Of a stretch of DNA of 64,000 nucleotides, positions 18,775-29,300 are shown in pieces. The stretch lies in NCBI GenBank assembly GCA_947584415.1, contig CANPWN010000004.1, positions 22,110 to 86,109 of the forward strand, read 5' to 3'. Numbering within the stretch: the stretch's first letter is position 1; each line of letters begins with the position of its first letter. The notes under the pieces are model-generated. The model worked only from the letters and a program-made list of their open reading frames with translations, was not told where the DNA came from and made no database searches. The translations under genes were made by a program, and so were the position numbers. This DNA is from an uncultured Clostridia bacterium. GTDB taxonomy: Bacteria; Bacillota; Clostridia; Christensenellales; UBA1242.

Positions 18775-18808
18775 AAGAAAAGACATGCGTGATGCATGTC
18801 TTTTTTTG
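18775..18808. terminator. Bidirectional intrinsic terminator
   Basis: AGACATGC (18781-18788) pairs with GCATGTCT (18794-18801), flanked by an A-run and a T-run. Confidence 0.7.
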
Positions 18809-18815
18809 TGCCTTA

Positions 18816-19916
18816 TTATTTCAGTACTTTACAGCCGAGATATGGCACAAGGACATTTGGAACAGTGACTGTGCCGTCTGGATTTTGATACTGTTCCAAA
18901 ATGGCAGGGAATATTCGGCTGGTGGCAATTCCGCTGGCGTTTAGTGTGAAAACATAATCCTTTTTGCCGTCTTTTCTTAAAACACGAGTATTTGTGCGGC
19001 GAGCCTGATAGTCAAACGCGGTGCTGATGCTGCTTACTTCGGTGTATCTGTTCATGCTCGGGATGTAAATTTCAATGTCCCAAGTTTGAGCCATGCCGTG
19101 TGCATAATCTCCGCCAGCAAGTTGCACAAGACGATAGTGCAATCCAAGTTTTTGCACAATGCGTTCCGCTTTGCCCAAAAGTTCGTTCCATGCACGCTCG
19201 TTATCTTCTGGCAAAACATATTCCACCATCTCCACTTTGTTGAATTGATGGCCGCGTATCATGCCTTTCTCTTCTGGTCTGTTGCTACCTGCTTCAATGC
19301 GAAAACATGGAGTGTAAGCAAAATATTTTTTTGGCAATTCTTCCTCTTTTAAAATTTCGCCGCGGTGCAAGTTTACAAGCGCAGTTTCCGCTGTTGGCAG
19401 AAGAAAATTGTTTGGAAGAAATTTTTTGTCAATAAAATAATCTTCGTTTGCGAACTTAGGAAATTGCCCTGCGCCAAAGCCACAATCATATTTTAAGATG
19501 TAGATGTGTTTTTGGCTTAAAATTGAAGGTTGGCTTTTTTTAAATTCACGCAAAACCAAGTTGTTTTCCTTGCCGCCGGCAGGGGTATTTTCCGTCACAA
19601 TGTTTGGCAGCGCGAAATAAAGTTTATTGAACTCTTCCAAGGTTTCATTATGCTCTTTTGTTAGTTCTGCCGCTCTTCGGGTGTTCTCACGAAGTTTTTC
19701 TTGCAAGGCTGTCACATCTTGGCCGTTCCTTTTTGCAAGTTCAAACTCCTTCGCGCCTTTGTTCTTTTGTGCAAGCAAAACCTCTTCTTCTTGTTTCAAC
19801 TTGTTCGCTTTGTCATATAGGGCGAGCATTTTGTCCAAATCAACCTCATACTCGCGTTTCGCAAAGCATTTTTTATAATAATCCTTTCGGTTTTTAACAT
19901 CTTTAATATCTAACAT
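18816..19916 (-). CDS. serS: Seryl-tRNA synthetase, unusually short (366 aa)
   Basis: N-terminal coiled coil, motif 2 (YTPCFRIEAGS..RGMIRGHQFNKVE), motif 3 (TLNASGIATSRIFPAILEQYQ), and a Ser T-box upstream. About 58 residues are missing around motif 1 compared with canonical bacterial SerRS. Confidence 0.8.
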   Translation of the reverse strand: MLDIKDVKNRKDYYKKCFAKREYEVDLDKMLALYDKANKLKQEEEVLLAQKNKGAKEFELAKRNGQDVTALQEKLRENTRRAAELTKEHNETLEEFNKLYFALPNIVTENTPAGGKENNLVLREFKKSQPSILSQKHIYILKYDCGFGAGQFPKFANEDYFIDKKFLPNNFLLPTAETALVNLHRGEILKEEELPKKYFAYTPCFRIEAGSNRPEEKGMIRGHQFNKVEMVEYVLPEDNERAWNELLGKAERIVQKLGLHYRLVQLAGGDYAHGMAQTWDIEIYIPSMNRYTEVSSISTAFDYQARRTNTRVLRKDGKKDYVFTLNASGIATSRIFPAILEQYQNPDGTVTVPNVLVPYLGCKVLK

Positions 19917-20059
19917 TTTTTTATCTCCTTATATTTTTTATTTTAAAGTCAAATTTTACATAAAAAATCCATTATCCCTTTCGGGACAACTTTAAATAAG
20001 CAATAAACAGAAGATAAAATTTCATAAAAAACCTCACTTTGTTCGCTTTTTGCGTAAAC

Positions 20060-20294
20060 TAAAAAAACCTCCAAAAGATATTTGTCTTTTAGAGGCGAAT
20101 ATTCAATCCGTGGTGCCACTCTAATTGGGAGAATCTCCCCACTCTTAGTGTCTGCATTTTTTTGTTGTGCAGTTCAACCTGACTTTCGCCAGAGCCTCCA
20201 AGGTGGAAATAGTAATTATTTTCATTTGCTTTCACCTGCCGCAAACTCTCTGTATCAACTTTTACTAACAGTCTTTTCATCGGCCATTTAATTG
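20060..20294 (-). promoter_or_regulatory. T-box riboswitch, Ser specifier UCC
   Basis: Minus-strand RNA has a K-turn GAUGA, an AGAGAG bulge, and a distal loop GGUGAAAG. The specifier loop reads AUU-UCC-A (UCC = 20205-20207). The T-box sequence AAUUAGAGUGGCACCACGG spans 20108-20126. The terminator is CCUCUAAAAG..CUUUUGGAGG plus U7 (20061-20095). Confidence 0.85.
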
Positions 20295-20299
20295 TTATT

Positions 20300-20327
20300 A
20301 TTATAGCACAGATTTTGAAAAAAGCAA
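20300..20327 (-). promoter_or_regulatory. Promoter of T-box/serS
   Basis: On the minus strand, TTGCTT (20322-20327), a 16-nt spacer, and TGcTATAAT (-10 at 20300-20305). Confidence 0.6.
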
Positions 20328-20423
20328 GAGCTTTTTGGAATTTTCGAATTTCCATAACGAACCTAGAAGAACCAAGTCGAAGGAAAGTGCGTGGTTCTTG
20401 AGGGTCGCAGGTTCTCATCTCAT

Positions 20424-20451
20424 CAAAAAAGATGTGCCGTTTGACACATCT
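20424..20451 (-). terminator. Intrinsic terminator after the tRNA-Asn 3' fragment
   Basis: Minus-strand AGAUGUG..CACAUCU stem followed by a U-run. Confidence 0.6.
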
Positions 20452-20550
20452 TATCTGGCGCCCCCTGTAGGATTCGAACCATAACGAACCCAAAAGAACC
20501 GAGGCGAAGGAGTGTGCGTGGTTCTTGAGGGTCGCAGGTTTTCATTTCAA

Positions 20551-20576
20551 CAAAAAAATGTGTCAAACGACACATT
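20551..20576 (-). terminator. Intrinsic terminator after tRNA-Asn
   Basis: Minus-strand AAUGUGUC-GUUU-GACACAUU followed by U7. Confidence 0.7.
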
Positions 20577-20586
20577 CTTTATCTCT

Positions 20587-20661
<75 letters not shown>

Positions 20662-20917
20662 ATATTAAGTTTTATTTTTGGAGCATCGGCAGTTAACCTT
20701 TTCGGTTTAATTCCGCTTACGCTCCATACGCAGGACTGACGCCCTTGGCGCACAGCCTCGTGCTCCACTTTAAACAATCAAAGCTGAAAGTGTTGCCAGA
20801 AGTTTGTTTCTTGGTCATGTCCCAATTAAAGCAGTTAGTTTGCGAAAAGCCCAAAGGCTAATCGCAACTTCATAACTCTTTTGCTAAACAGTTAGGGAGG
20901 GAGAAAAACTGTTTGCG
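20662..20917 (-). ncRNA. Unclassified structured RNA / long tRNA-Asn leader driven by a consensus promoter
   Basis: About 255 nt with no ORF. Features are a 5' hairpin with a C-rich loop, several GC-rich hairpins, and three UAACUG motifs. It runs directly into tRNA-Asn. Confidence 0.3.
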
Positions 20918-20923
20918 TTACTT

Positions 20924-20952
20924 ATAATAGCATTGATGAAGCAAATTGTCAA
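20924..20952 (-). promoter_or_regulatory. Near-consensus SigA promoter (minus strand)
   Basis: TTGACA (20947-20952), a 17-nt spacer, and TGcTATTAT (-10 at 20924-20929). Confidence 0.6.
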
Positions 20953-20958
20953 TTAAAA

Positions 20959-21681
20959 ATGAAAAAATTTTTCCGACTGGGCAAAAATTGTTTGATGAAC
21001 GGTTTGCTGGTCGCGGTTTTAGCATGGTATGCTGTTAGAGGAACATTTAAAGGGTTTGTTAAAAGCGCGTTTTCGCTTTTGTGCGTTATAATAACCCTTT
21101 TCTCATCTTTTATGCTTGCAGGCGAATTTGCAAAAGTTTTGCTGAATGTAAACTTCCTAGAAAAGCCAATAGGTGTTGTGGTTGAAAAAACTTTAAATGC
21201 TTTAGATGAAGAGTTGGCGAATAGAGAGTTCTCTTCAACGGATGAAGTGCTGGGTTTTCTTGACAACAAACCACTTCCGCTTTATGCGAAAAGTGTTTTA
21301 AAAAATGCTTGTGAAAATATTTTCTTTGATGGCAAAAAAACTTTATTTTTATTGGTAAAAAATTATTTTTACAACATTTTAATTAAAATTATTTCGTTTT
21401 TGTTTATTTTTGCTATTATATATCTGTTTTTATGGCCAATACAACGCTTTTTAATTCGCCGGCTACGGGGAACATCTTTTGTGGTGACAAACAGAGTTTT
21501 AGGTTTTTTGCTTGGAACCGTTAAAGGTGTGGTTGTGTATGGGACAATTGTTATTTTGCTTGCGGGTATTGGTAAATTTGTTTTGTCTGATTTTATATTG
21601 CAAAAAATTCAGCAGGGCGGATTGTCATCAATCATTTATGATAAGTTTGGCGAAAAGTTCGTCAGTTGGTTTGTTGTCTAA
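20959..21681 (+). CDS. CvpA-like integral membrane protein
   Basis: Multi-TM protein. The N-terminal pattern LLVAVLAWYAVRGTFKGFVKSAFSLL resembles the CvpA family. The start is uncertain (20959 or 20995). Confidence 0.5.
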   Translation: MKKFFRLGKNCLMNGLLVAVLAWYAVRGTFKGFVKSAFSLLCVIITLFSSFMLAGEFAKVLLNVNFLEKPIGVVVEKTLNALDEELANREFSSTDEVLGFLDNKPLPLYAKSVLKNACENIFFDGKKTLFLLVKNYFYNILIKIISFLFIFAIIYLFLWPIQRFLIRRLRGTSFVVTNRVLGFLLGTVKGVVVYGTIVILLAGIGKFVLSDFILQKIQQGGLSSIIYDKFGEKFVSWFVV

Positions 21682-21837
21682 AAGTTGTTCAATTTGCTTG
21701 TTCTGTTCGTCCAACTTTGCTTTTTTGTCCTTATAGACAGCGGAAACAATACAAAAGGTTATGATGGCTGTAAGCGTTAAGGCAAGCACCACATAAAAAC
21801 ATATTTTAAGAATTTTTTGTTTTTTTTCTTTTTCCAC
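21628..21837 (-). CDS. DivIC/FtsB-like septum formation initiator (short)
   Basis: 69 aa with one TM plus a short coiled coil. Its position after yabP-yabQ matches Bacillus. Confidence 0.4.
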   Translation of the reverse strand: MEKEKKQKILKICFYVVLALTLTAIITFCIVSAVYKDKKAKLDEQNKQIEQLLDNKPTDELFAKLIIND

Positions 21838-22150
21838 GAAAGAAATTATAGCATTTTTTTGAAAATTTACAAATCAATTTGCTAAATATAAGTCGTTGAA
21901 GTAAAATTCCAAATAAAAAGGCGAAAATTGAAAATAACCTAAGTTGCCCATAGTTTGTTACTATATTTATAAGATAATAAACGGCGAAGGAAAGTAGTGT
22001 TGCCACGAAATTAAAAAAGTGAAAGGCAACTTTGTTTTTGTTGAAAAGAAAAGTCAAAAAAAATGCGACATCAAAAAAGATGCCGCAAGCCAAACCTCCC
22101 AAAAACAGATATACAAAAATTAAGGGTTGAGCAAGTGATGTGTAAAGCAT
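21806..22150 (-). CDS. yabQ: Spore cortex biosynthesis protein YabQ-like
   Basis: Polytopic small membrane protein directly downstream of yabP. Confidence 0.6.
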   Translation of the reverse strand: MLYTSLAQPLIFVYLFLGGLACGIFFDVAFFLTFLFNKNKVAFHFFNFVATLLSFAVYYLINIVTNYGQLRLFSIFAFLFGILLQRLIFSKLICKFSKKCYNFFRGKRKKTKNS

Positions 22151-22401
22151 TATTTAAATAACCTTTTTAAAAAGGGTTGCTTTTCTGCGTGAGAATTAAA
22201 TTTTAAAGCAACAATTCTGCCTGCTAAGGAAACTTCCTTGTTGTCGAGGTCAAGTTTTTTTACTTCCAGATTGTTTCCAGATATGATAACTGTGCAACTG
22301 CCAATTTCAACAACCGCTTGCGACTGGGTGGCTGAATTTATTTTTGTTGCACCTTTGATTGAGATTTGATTTTGGTCCTCAATAGTGATTATTTCGCTCA
22401 T
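22150..22401 (-). CDS. yabP: Sporulation protein YabP
   Basis: 83 aa with the YabP pattern (ISIKGATKI..LEVKKLDLDNKEVSLAGRIVALKF..FLKRLFK). Confidence 0.8.
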   Translation of the reverse strand: MSEIITIEDQNQISIKGATKINSATQSQAVVEIGSCTVIISGNNLEVKKLDLDNKEVSLAGRIVALKFNSHAEKQPFLKRLFK

Positions 22402-22493
22402 ATATTTCTCCTTTTACATATATATTTTTTTGCTTTATTTATTATGCTAAAAAAATAAATTGTGCTATAATAAATTTGTAAATAAGGGAAAAT

Positions 22494-23318
22494 ATGGAAA
22501 AAATAGAGATAAAAATCAAAAAAAATCAAAAAATTCGTGAGTTTCTGCTTAATTATGGTTTTTCTAAACCTGAAACAAACCGCATCATTAAGAACAAAGA
22601 TGTCAAACATGACGGGGTTAGGCTTGGAGAACAAGACGAAGTTCGCGAGGGTTGGTTGGTGACAGTTTTTGCAAGCGCAAAGCCTTCTGATAAATTTGAA
22701 GTTTTGTTTGAAGATGACAATGTTGTGGTGATTGACAAAGCTGCGGGAATAGAAACTCAGGGGAAAGAAGGTGTTGATGGGTTATTAAAAGGCGCAATTG
22801 CCGTTCACAGACTTGACAGAAACACCTCAGGCGTCATGATTTTTGCAAAAGACCCAGAAAGCGAGCAGCTGCTTAAGGCGGCTTTTAAAAACAAACAGGT
22901 TGAAAAGAAGTATGTTTGCGAGGTTTTTGGCAAACCTGAGTTTAAAGGCGAGGTGAGGAAGGCATATTTGCTTAAAGATAGCGCGCGAAGTGAGGTAAAA
23001 ATTTATTCCAACTTTGTTCAGGGCTCAGTTAAGATTGAAACCAAATTTTCAACCGTCAAAGCAGGGGTGACAAGCGTGGTTGTGGCTGAACCAATCACAG
23101 GCAGGACGCATCAAATAAGAGCGCATCTTGCTTTTCTTGGATATCCAATCATTGGTGATGGAAAGTATGGAAAAAACGAAATTAACCGAAAATTTAAAGA
23201 AAATCATCAAAAATTGCATTGTTTTTGCTTAAATTTTAAAAAATTGGATGGAAAATTAAAATATTTGCAAAATCATAACTTTATTTCAAAGCCAAAATGG
23301 GCTGAAAAAATCGTTTAA
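22494..23318 (+). CDS. RluA-family pseudouridine synthase with S4-like N-terminus
   Basis: Catalytic HRLDRNTSGVMIFAK and the GRTHQIRAHL motif. Confidence 0.8.
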   Translation: MEKIEIKIKKNQKIREFLLNYGFSKPETNRIIKNKDVKHDGVRLGEQDEVREGWLVTVFASAKPSDKFEVLFEDDNVVVIDKAAGIETQGKEGVDGLLKGAIAVHRLDRNTSGVMIFAKDPESEQLLKAAFKNKQVEKKYVCEVFGKPEFKGEVRKAYLLKDSARSEVKIYSNFVQGSVKIETKFSTVKAGVTSVVVAEPITGRTHQIRAHLAFLGYPIIGDGKYGKNEINRKFKENHQKLHCFCLNFKKLDGKLKYLQNHNFISKPKWAEKIV

Positions 23319-23380
23319 TTATTTTAAATAATATAGTTAATTTATTTGATAATTGCTTAAGAAAAGAGTAAAATAAAATT

Positions 23381-26300
23381 GTGAAAAAACAAAAGAAAAG
23401 TCTTTTAAACATCTTCTTGGTTTTTGCCACAGTTGTGGTTATGGGTTTGTCTTTTCTTCCGGGCTGCAGCAAAGCCTTTTCTTTTGACGGCAAATTTGAC
23501 AAAAGTGAGTTAATCATGTGCGTTGGGGAAACCTTTGACCCAAGCGAACATTTTTCTTCTGACAAAAAGGTTGAGTTTTCTGTTCCTGAGCAGCAAGTAA
23601 TTACGCTGCAAGAGGATGGCTTAATCAAAGCACAAATGCCGGGCAAAAGTTTTGTTTTGGCAACTTCGGGAAAATTGCTGATTGGCAAAATGGATGTGTA
23701 TGTCAAATATTCCTTCCCTGTTCCAACAAATATTAGGGTAGACAGTGACGGGCTTATAACTTGGGACGAGGCAGAGCTTCTTCTTGACGGCGAAACAAAA
23801 AAACCTACATATTCTCTTCAAATCACGCTTGACGGCGAACCTCAAGAGATGGTTCAAGTGCAGACAAATCAATATCAACTTACCCAAAGCGGAAATTATG
23901 AAGTCACTGTCAAAGCAAATGAGAGTGCTGACGGAAGAATTTTGGGCTCAGAGTTTAATTCCACACCAATTTCATTTGGCTTTGATTTTGTCACGGGTGT
24001 TAGTGATTTTGTGTTTAACAGCGAAGATGAGTTTGGCTCGCAAAAAGGATTATTGACATGGCAGGGCGAAGGTGATTTTGTGCTGACGCTTGGAAACATG
24101 GAATATGAGTTAAACAAAAACTCTGAGCAGCTTGATTTTTCGCTTTATGCTGAACAAGAGGTTTTACAGGCTAAAGTTTTGAGAAAAGAAGAAGGAAAAC
24201 TTTCAAAGTCGAGTAAGATTGACATTAAAAAACTTAAAACGCCGGTGCCTAAATTTGTTGAAAACGAACTTGTGTGGGGCAAAGATGATGCCTGCAAATA
24301 TTTGCTTAAAGCGACAAATCAACAAACGGAAAAAATTGTGTCCGTGACAGGCGAAAAAAGTGTTCTTGAAGGGCTTGGAGAGGGAATATATAGTGTGCAG
24401 ATGCAGGCAATAGGAAAGCCTAATTTTGCAAATAGCAATGTGGCAAAATATGCTTCACTTTTGGGCAAAATTGACAATGTTGAAGTTCAATATGAAATTG
24501 TTGGAAGCAACCTTAATGTCACCTTTTCAACAGCAAAAGAAAACAATAAGAGTTTTGTTGTCACACAATATGCTGTGATAGATGGCGAAAATGTTTTGGT
24601 CGGCTCTGAAACCTTTACATTTGAAGGCGGAAAAACGGGAGATAAATATGTTCTTAATCACTCTTTCCCTCTTGAAAACGGAAAAAATAGTTTTGAAGTC
24701 CAAGCGCTGCCTTCTGTCAGTGCAATGGTTTTAGATGGTGAAAGCACAAGCAGGATTTTAAAGAGCGACATCTTAAAATTTGATGCCTACAATCTTTCGG
24801 AAATAACAAATCTTCATCATAGTTTGAGCGGTGACGAGCATGATATTTCAGCGCTCACTTTTGATGAGATTGAGTATGCCGAAAAATATACGGTTGAAGT
24901 TAACGGGGAAAAACTTGAAAAGGTTGACTCGTCTACAAAAGACGGCAAAACGACCCTCACTCTTGGCAGGCTGACAAAAGCAATGGGCAAAGAAGGAAAA
25001 TATAACATTAAAATCACAGTTGACAGAGTTCAAAAAGAAGGCGAAATAACAAGGGCTGTGACAAATGACGAAAAAACATTGACCATGCTTAAAGTTCCGG
25101 TTATGCAAGCATTAAATGGCAACAAACTTGAAAATAGCAAATATGTTTGGGAAAAGGTCATTGATGCGGCGAGTGATATTGATGTTGCAAATTACAAGTA
25201 TGAACTTTATTTAACTGAAGATGACGGCTATGACAATTCTCTCGTTGTGGCAGATGTTAAGGACACGGAAGAAAATCAAACGAGTGAACTTAAGGCGGGA
25301 TACTATGTGCTTAGGGTTAAGAGTTTACCAAAACCTGAGGCGGAGGATGACTATCTGCCAAGTGAAGATTTTGCTGAGGACAAATTCTATTATGCTGAAG
25401 TGCTTGAAAGCGCCGGCATTCGTTTGGATAAGGCGGAGGATATTGAAACAACCGAAATTGTTGACGGATACATATTGACCATACAGGCTGTTGAAGACGG
25501 ATACAAATATGAAGTGTTTGTGAACGACCTGAGCGTTGGGTCAGTTTTGAACGCTGATAAAAAAGATGTTTTGTATTATGAACTTGGCAAAGATTATCTT
25601 TTCAAAATGGCTGAAGAGAACTTTAAAATTGAAGTTAAGGTGAGTGCAACAGACGAAACGCAGCAGAGAATTCATCTTGAAAGTTTGCCTTCAGTTTTAA
25701 ATGTTTCCAGATTAACCGCACCGACAAAAAGACTTGTTGACGGCGAAAAGTTGACAGTTGAAAATAAGGACAATAGTGCGTCACTTGAACTTGTCAAAGA
25801 TGGAAAAAGAATTAACGAACTTACAATAGGTGGCAATGTCACAATTGACATGTCGGATTATGAAGGCGAGTTTGATATCAACGCAAGATTGCAAGGCTAT
25901 CAAAACTTTGAGGATTTCACGACAAATGGAACGATAAGATTGGACAGTGATTTTCATGCTTTCAAATTCCACAGAAGTCAAACCCCAAGCGAACTCAATT
26001 ATTCAAAAGGACAAATTTCCTTCGAGCATAATGACCAAGTGACAGAATATGTTGCGCTAGTTTCTGTCAAGTCGCTCAACAATGAAATCAGTGAAAAAGA
26101 AATTGTGCTTTCAACCACCGAAAAGACCTTTGACCTTGAAGAAAAGCTTGTTCTTTTAAGAGCAGATGAATTGTTTGAAAGCGCTTATCTTCAAAGAAAA
26201 ACTTTGACAATAAAAGTCTTTGCAAGAATTTCAAAAGACATGGCAGATGTTTATTATCTTTCATCTCGCTATGCAACTCTCAAACAAAGTGCGGACAAAA

Positions 26301-29300
26301 ATGCGCTTGAAATAAAAAAACTTGGTGAAGTAAGCCTGCTTTATGATGAAGAAGGAAAGTTCATCTATTGGGAAGGGCTTGACGCTTTTAATGTTGTTTA
26401 TGAAGTGTATTACATTAGTGGCGAGAAGGACGAGAAAAAAGGCGAAGTAAAAGAAAACAAATTCAGCATTAACTCGGACGAATACAATTTTTCACAGGCG
26501 GGCGAATACAAGTTCTATGTTATTGCAAGAAGTGACAATTCACTCAAATCGGAGCCGTCAAAACAAATTATTTTCCACAAATTGAAACCGGTTGAAAGCG
26601 TCAATGTGTTTGAAAGAGATGGAGATTACTGGGCAACATTTACGCTAAATGAAAACCTAACGGGGCATATAACAAAAGTTTGGGTTAATGGCGTAAACAT
26701 TGCAGGCGATTATCCACAACGTATTACATTTGAATTTAAACTTGATAAAGACTCGTTTGAAGTTTATGTTGAAGGTGAAAACCATCTTGAAAATGGCGAC
26801 CGAATTCATTACATTTCAAGCGACAAGAAAATCTTTGCAATAAAGGATATTTCATCCTCACAATTTGACCCTGAAATCAAAATTGAAAATGAGGCTATTG
26901 TTTGGAAGGATTTTGGCTTGGAGGCAAGTGATTGGATGCTTGCTCAGCCGCAAAAAAGCATTGCCTACAATCTTAAGATAACAAATTCTACTCAGACGAT
27001 AACCATTGAAAACATCAAAGAAAACAAATTAAGCCTGCTGGATGAAAGGCTTGTCAATGCAAGCAAAGGCATCTTGTCTGGAGATTGCACCATCTCTTTG
27101 ACTGTGTTAATTTCAGAATACAGTCTGCAAGCCGGTGGAAGCGGATATTATGGCAAAGTTGACTTAAACGGAACTTGTGTGGTTGGCAAACTTGGGGCGG
27201 TGACAAATGCAAAAGCGGTGCTTAATGAAGGTGGTTCATTTAGCACAATTGAGGCTGAATATCAAAAAGACATCATTTTGTCTTGGGAGCGTCAGCGCCA
27301 AAACGGTGAAATGTTTGAAATTTATCTTAACGGCAAAAAACTTGACGAAACGGAAAATAATTCTTTCACAGTGAAGCAGTCTGCACTTGCTGAAAGTGGC
27401 ACAAACATCATTGAAATTTATGTTTATGACAAAAAGAACCTTCGCTCTGATGCGGCGAGAATTTCCGTTTACAGATTTAATGAAGTTAAGGTTTCAAGTT
27501 TTGATGATGATGGCAAAATTCAAATTGCTCAAGATAGCGAATATGACGCAGCAAAAGGTTATATTGTTGGGATTAAACTTGGGGATGAAGAAAAGTTCTT
27601 TAACATTGAAAATTCTTCCTTTAATGTTCAAGACTATCTTGGTGACTTTAAAGTTAAAGATGGCGTTTGCGGTTTGAGAATAATTCATAGGGCCACCGAC
27701 AAAATCACACTTCCAAACATTAAAGCAACATACATTGAAAAAATTATGCTCAAAAAACCAAGCGTGACACAGACCGCCACAGGTCTTTCAATCAGCACTG
27801 CGGAAGCGGACTGCGAAGTTGTTGTTAAGTGCGAAGTAAAAGAATTTGAAAAAACTCTTCCATATTCTGCAAGCGGGATGTTCTTGCAATATCCTGAAAC
27901 ATGGGATAGCGGCGAATATCAATTTGTTATCTATGCAAAGAAAGAAGGGTGCTTGAATTCTTATATTAAAGACACATCTAATTTCACCATCAATAGAATT
28001 GACAATGTTGGAACTGTCAAGTTCACACGAACAGAAAATGGACTTGATTACACGCTTTCATGGAATAGCGTGAGTGACGCCGACCATTATGAAATTGAAG
28101 TGTGGAAAGCGGATGAAAGCCTTTATAAGGCAAGCGTAAATTCAAATCAAATTCTTTTGTCCGAACTAAGAAAATGGGCCGAAGAAGATTACAGCGGCGA
28201 ATATAGGTTCAGATTCACAACCTTCGCTCAGACAAGCAAGACGGCAAACACCATCTCCAAATATATGGAGTTTAGCGTTACGGTTGTTCCAAACGCCATT
28301 GAAGACATCACAGTGTCGCAAATGGGCGAACTTATGCTGACTTCAAGTGAACCAAACGCAAGTTTCCATATTGTTGCTCAAGATGGCTTAAACAAGAGTT
28401 TGAGTTGGGATAAGTCCGGGCAAGAAATGAAAATTGTTGTCAAAGATGAAAGTGAAGAAAAAATTGTTCTCAGTGGACTTATCAATGTTTCTGTTGTGCA
28501 GAAGGGCGGACAAGCAGACGAACAAGAGGCCAAAGAGGGCAGCGCAATCATGCTTGACAGCATAGCAAAACAAAACAATTTCAGCAAACTTCAAAACATT
28601 TCTTCAATCAACAAAAACGAAGAAACAGGTGACATTAAAATCACTGTTAAGCAAGAAGATTTCCCTGACAGACAGTTCTATATTGTTGCGAATATTGCAG
28701 GCGTAACGCAAATTAAAAAAACACCTTACATAAAAGAAAGCGCAACGCTGTTCAAAATCAGGTCAATTGAAATTTGTGAACTCTTCCCAGAACTTGAAGA
28801 AGGAACTTTCAAATTCAACATTTTCTCAACTGCCGAAAGCGTACTTAGAAGTGAGGAAATTGATTGCAGTTTTGAATATGGCAAGATTTCAGATGTCCTT
28901 AGCCTAAGAAAAGTTGACGAAAATGACTTCTTGATAATCAACAAACAATGGCAAGAAAACAGCTCTCTTCCTCACACTGGTGAAGCAGACGGCAACATCA
29001 CAAAAATTTATGTTTATGTCATAAGTCAAAAGGGCGAGAAATATTTGGATATTGATGTTTCAAAAGCAAAAGGCTATTGGATGGAAAGCGACCCATGGTT
29101 TATGACAACAATTCCAAGTGTGAAAGAATATCAAAAAGTTTATGCATTAAACATGGCGGATGTTTTGGCAGAATTGGACGCAGGCAAGATATATGTGAAA
29201 ATTGGCTATGTTCAATCTCAATTTGCAGTTTATGGTTTTTCTGAGGCTTTTGAATATCAAAAACTTGAAGCGCCACAAAATGTTTCAGCACAACTTGGAA

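Larger units (their letters stand above)
20337..20586 (-). repeat. Two tandem units of about 125-130 bp, each with a terminator, a conserved spacer and a tRNA-Asn 3' fragment
   Basis: 20456-20480 is identical to the last 25 nt of tRNA-Asn (20587-20611). The unit spacers share long identical blocks (aacctgcgaccctcaagaaccacgcac). The distal unit ends in a degenerate copy (ggaaattcgaaaattcc). Confidence 0.8.

Noticed and set aside
20082-20493. ORFs 20082-20291 (+) and 20089-20493 (-) in the ORF track.
   Set aside because: They overlap the Ser T-box leader, its promoter and the tRNA-fragment repeats. The region is better explained as non-coding RNA and regulatory sequence.
20662-20917. Whether the structured RNA upstream of tRNA-Asn is 5S rRNA, SRP RNA, 6S RNA, tmRNA or RNase P RNA.
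   Set aside because: The diagnostic sequences are absent: SRP GGAA-tetraloop/GGAAGCAGC, RNase P GAGGAAAGUCC, tmRNA tRNA-like ends and tag ORF, and the full 5S helix I/IV/V. Only a short, probably fortuitous resemblance to the 5S segment CCGAA..GG..UUAA..GCCGAUG was seen. I could not test the 6S possibility, since it has no diagnostic sequence motif I can recall. The region therefore stays unclassified.
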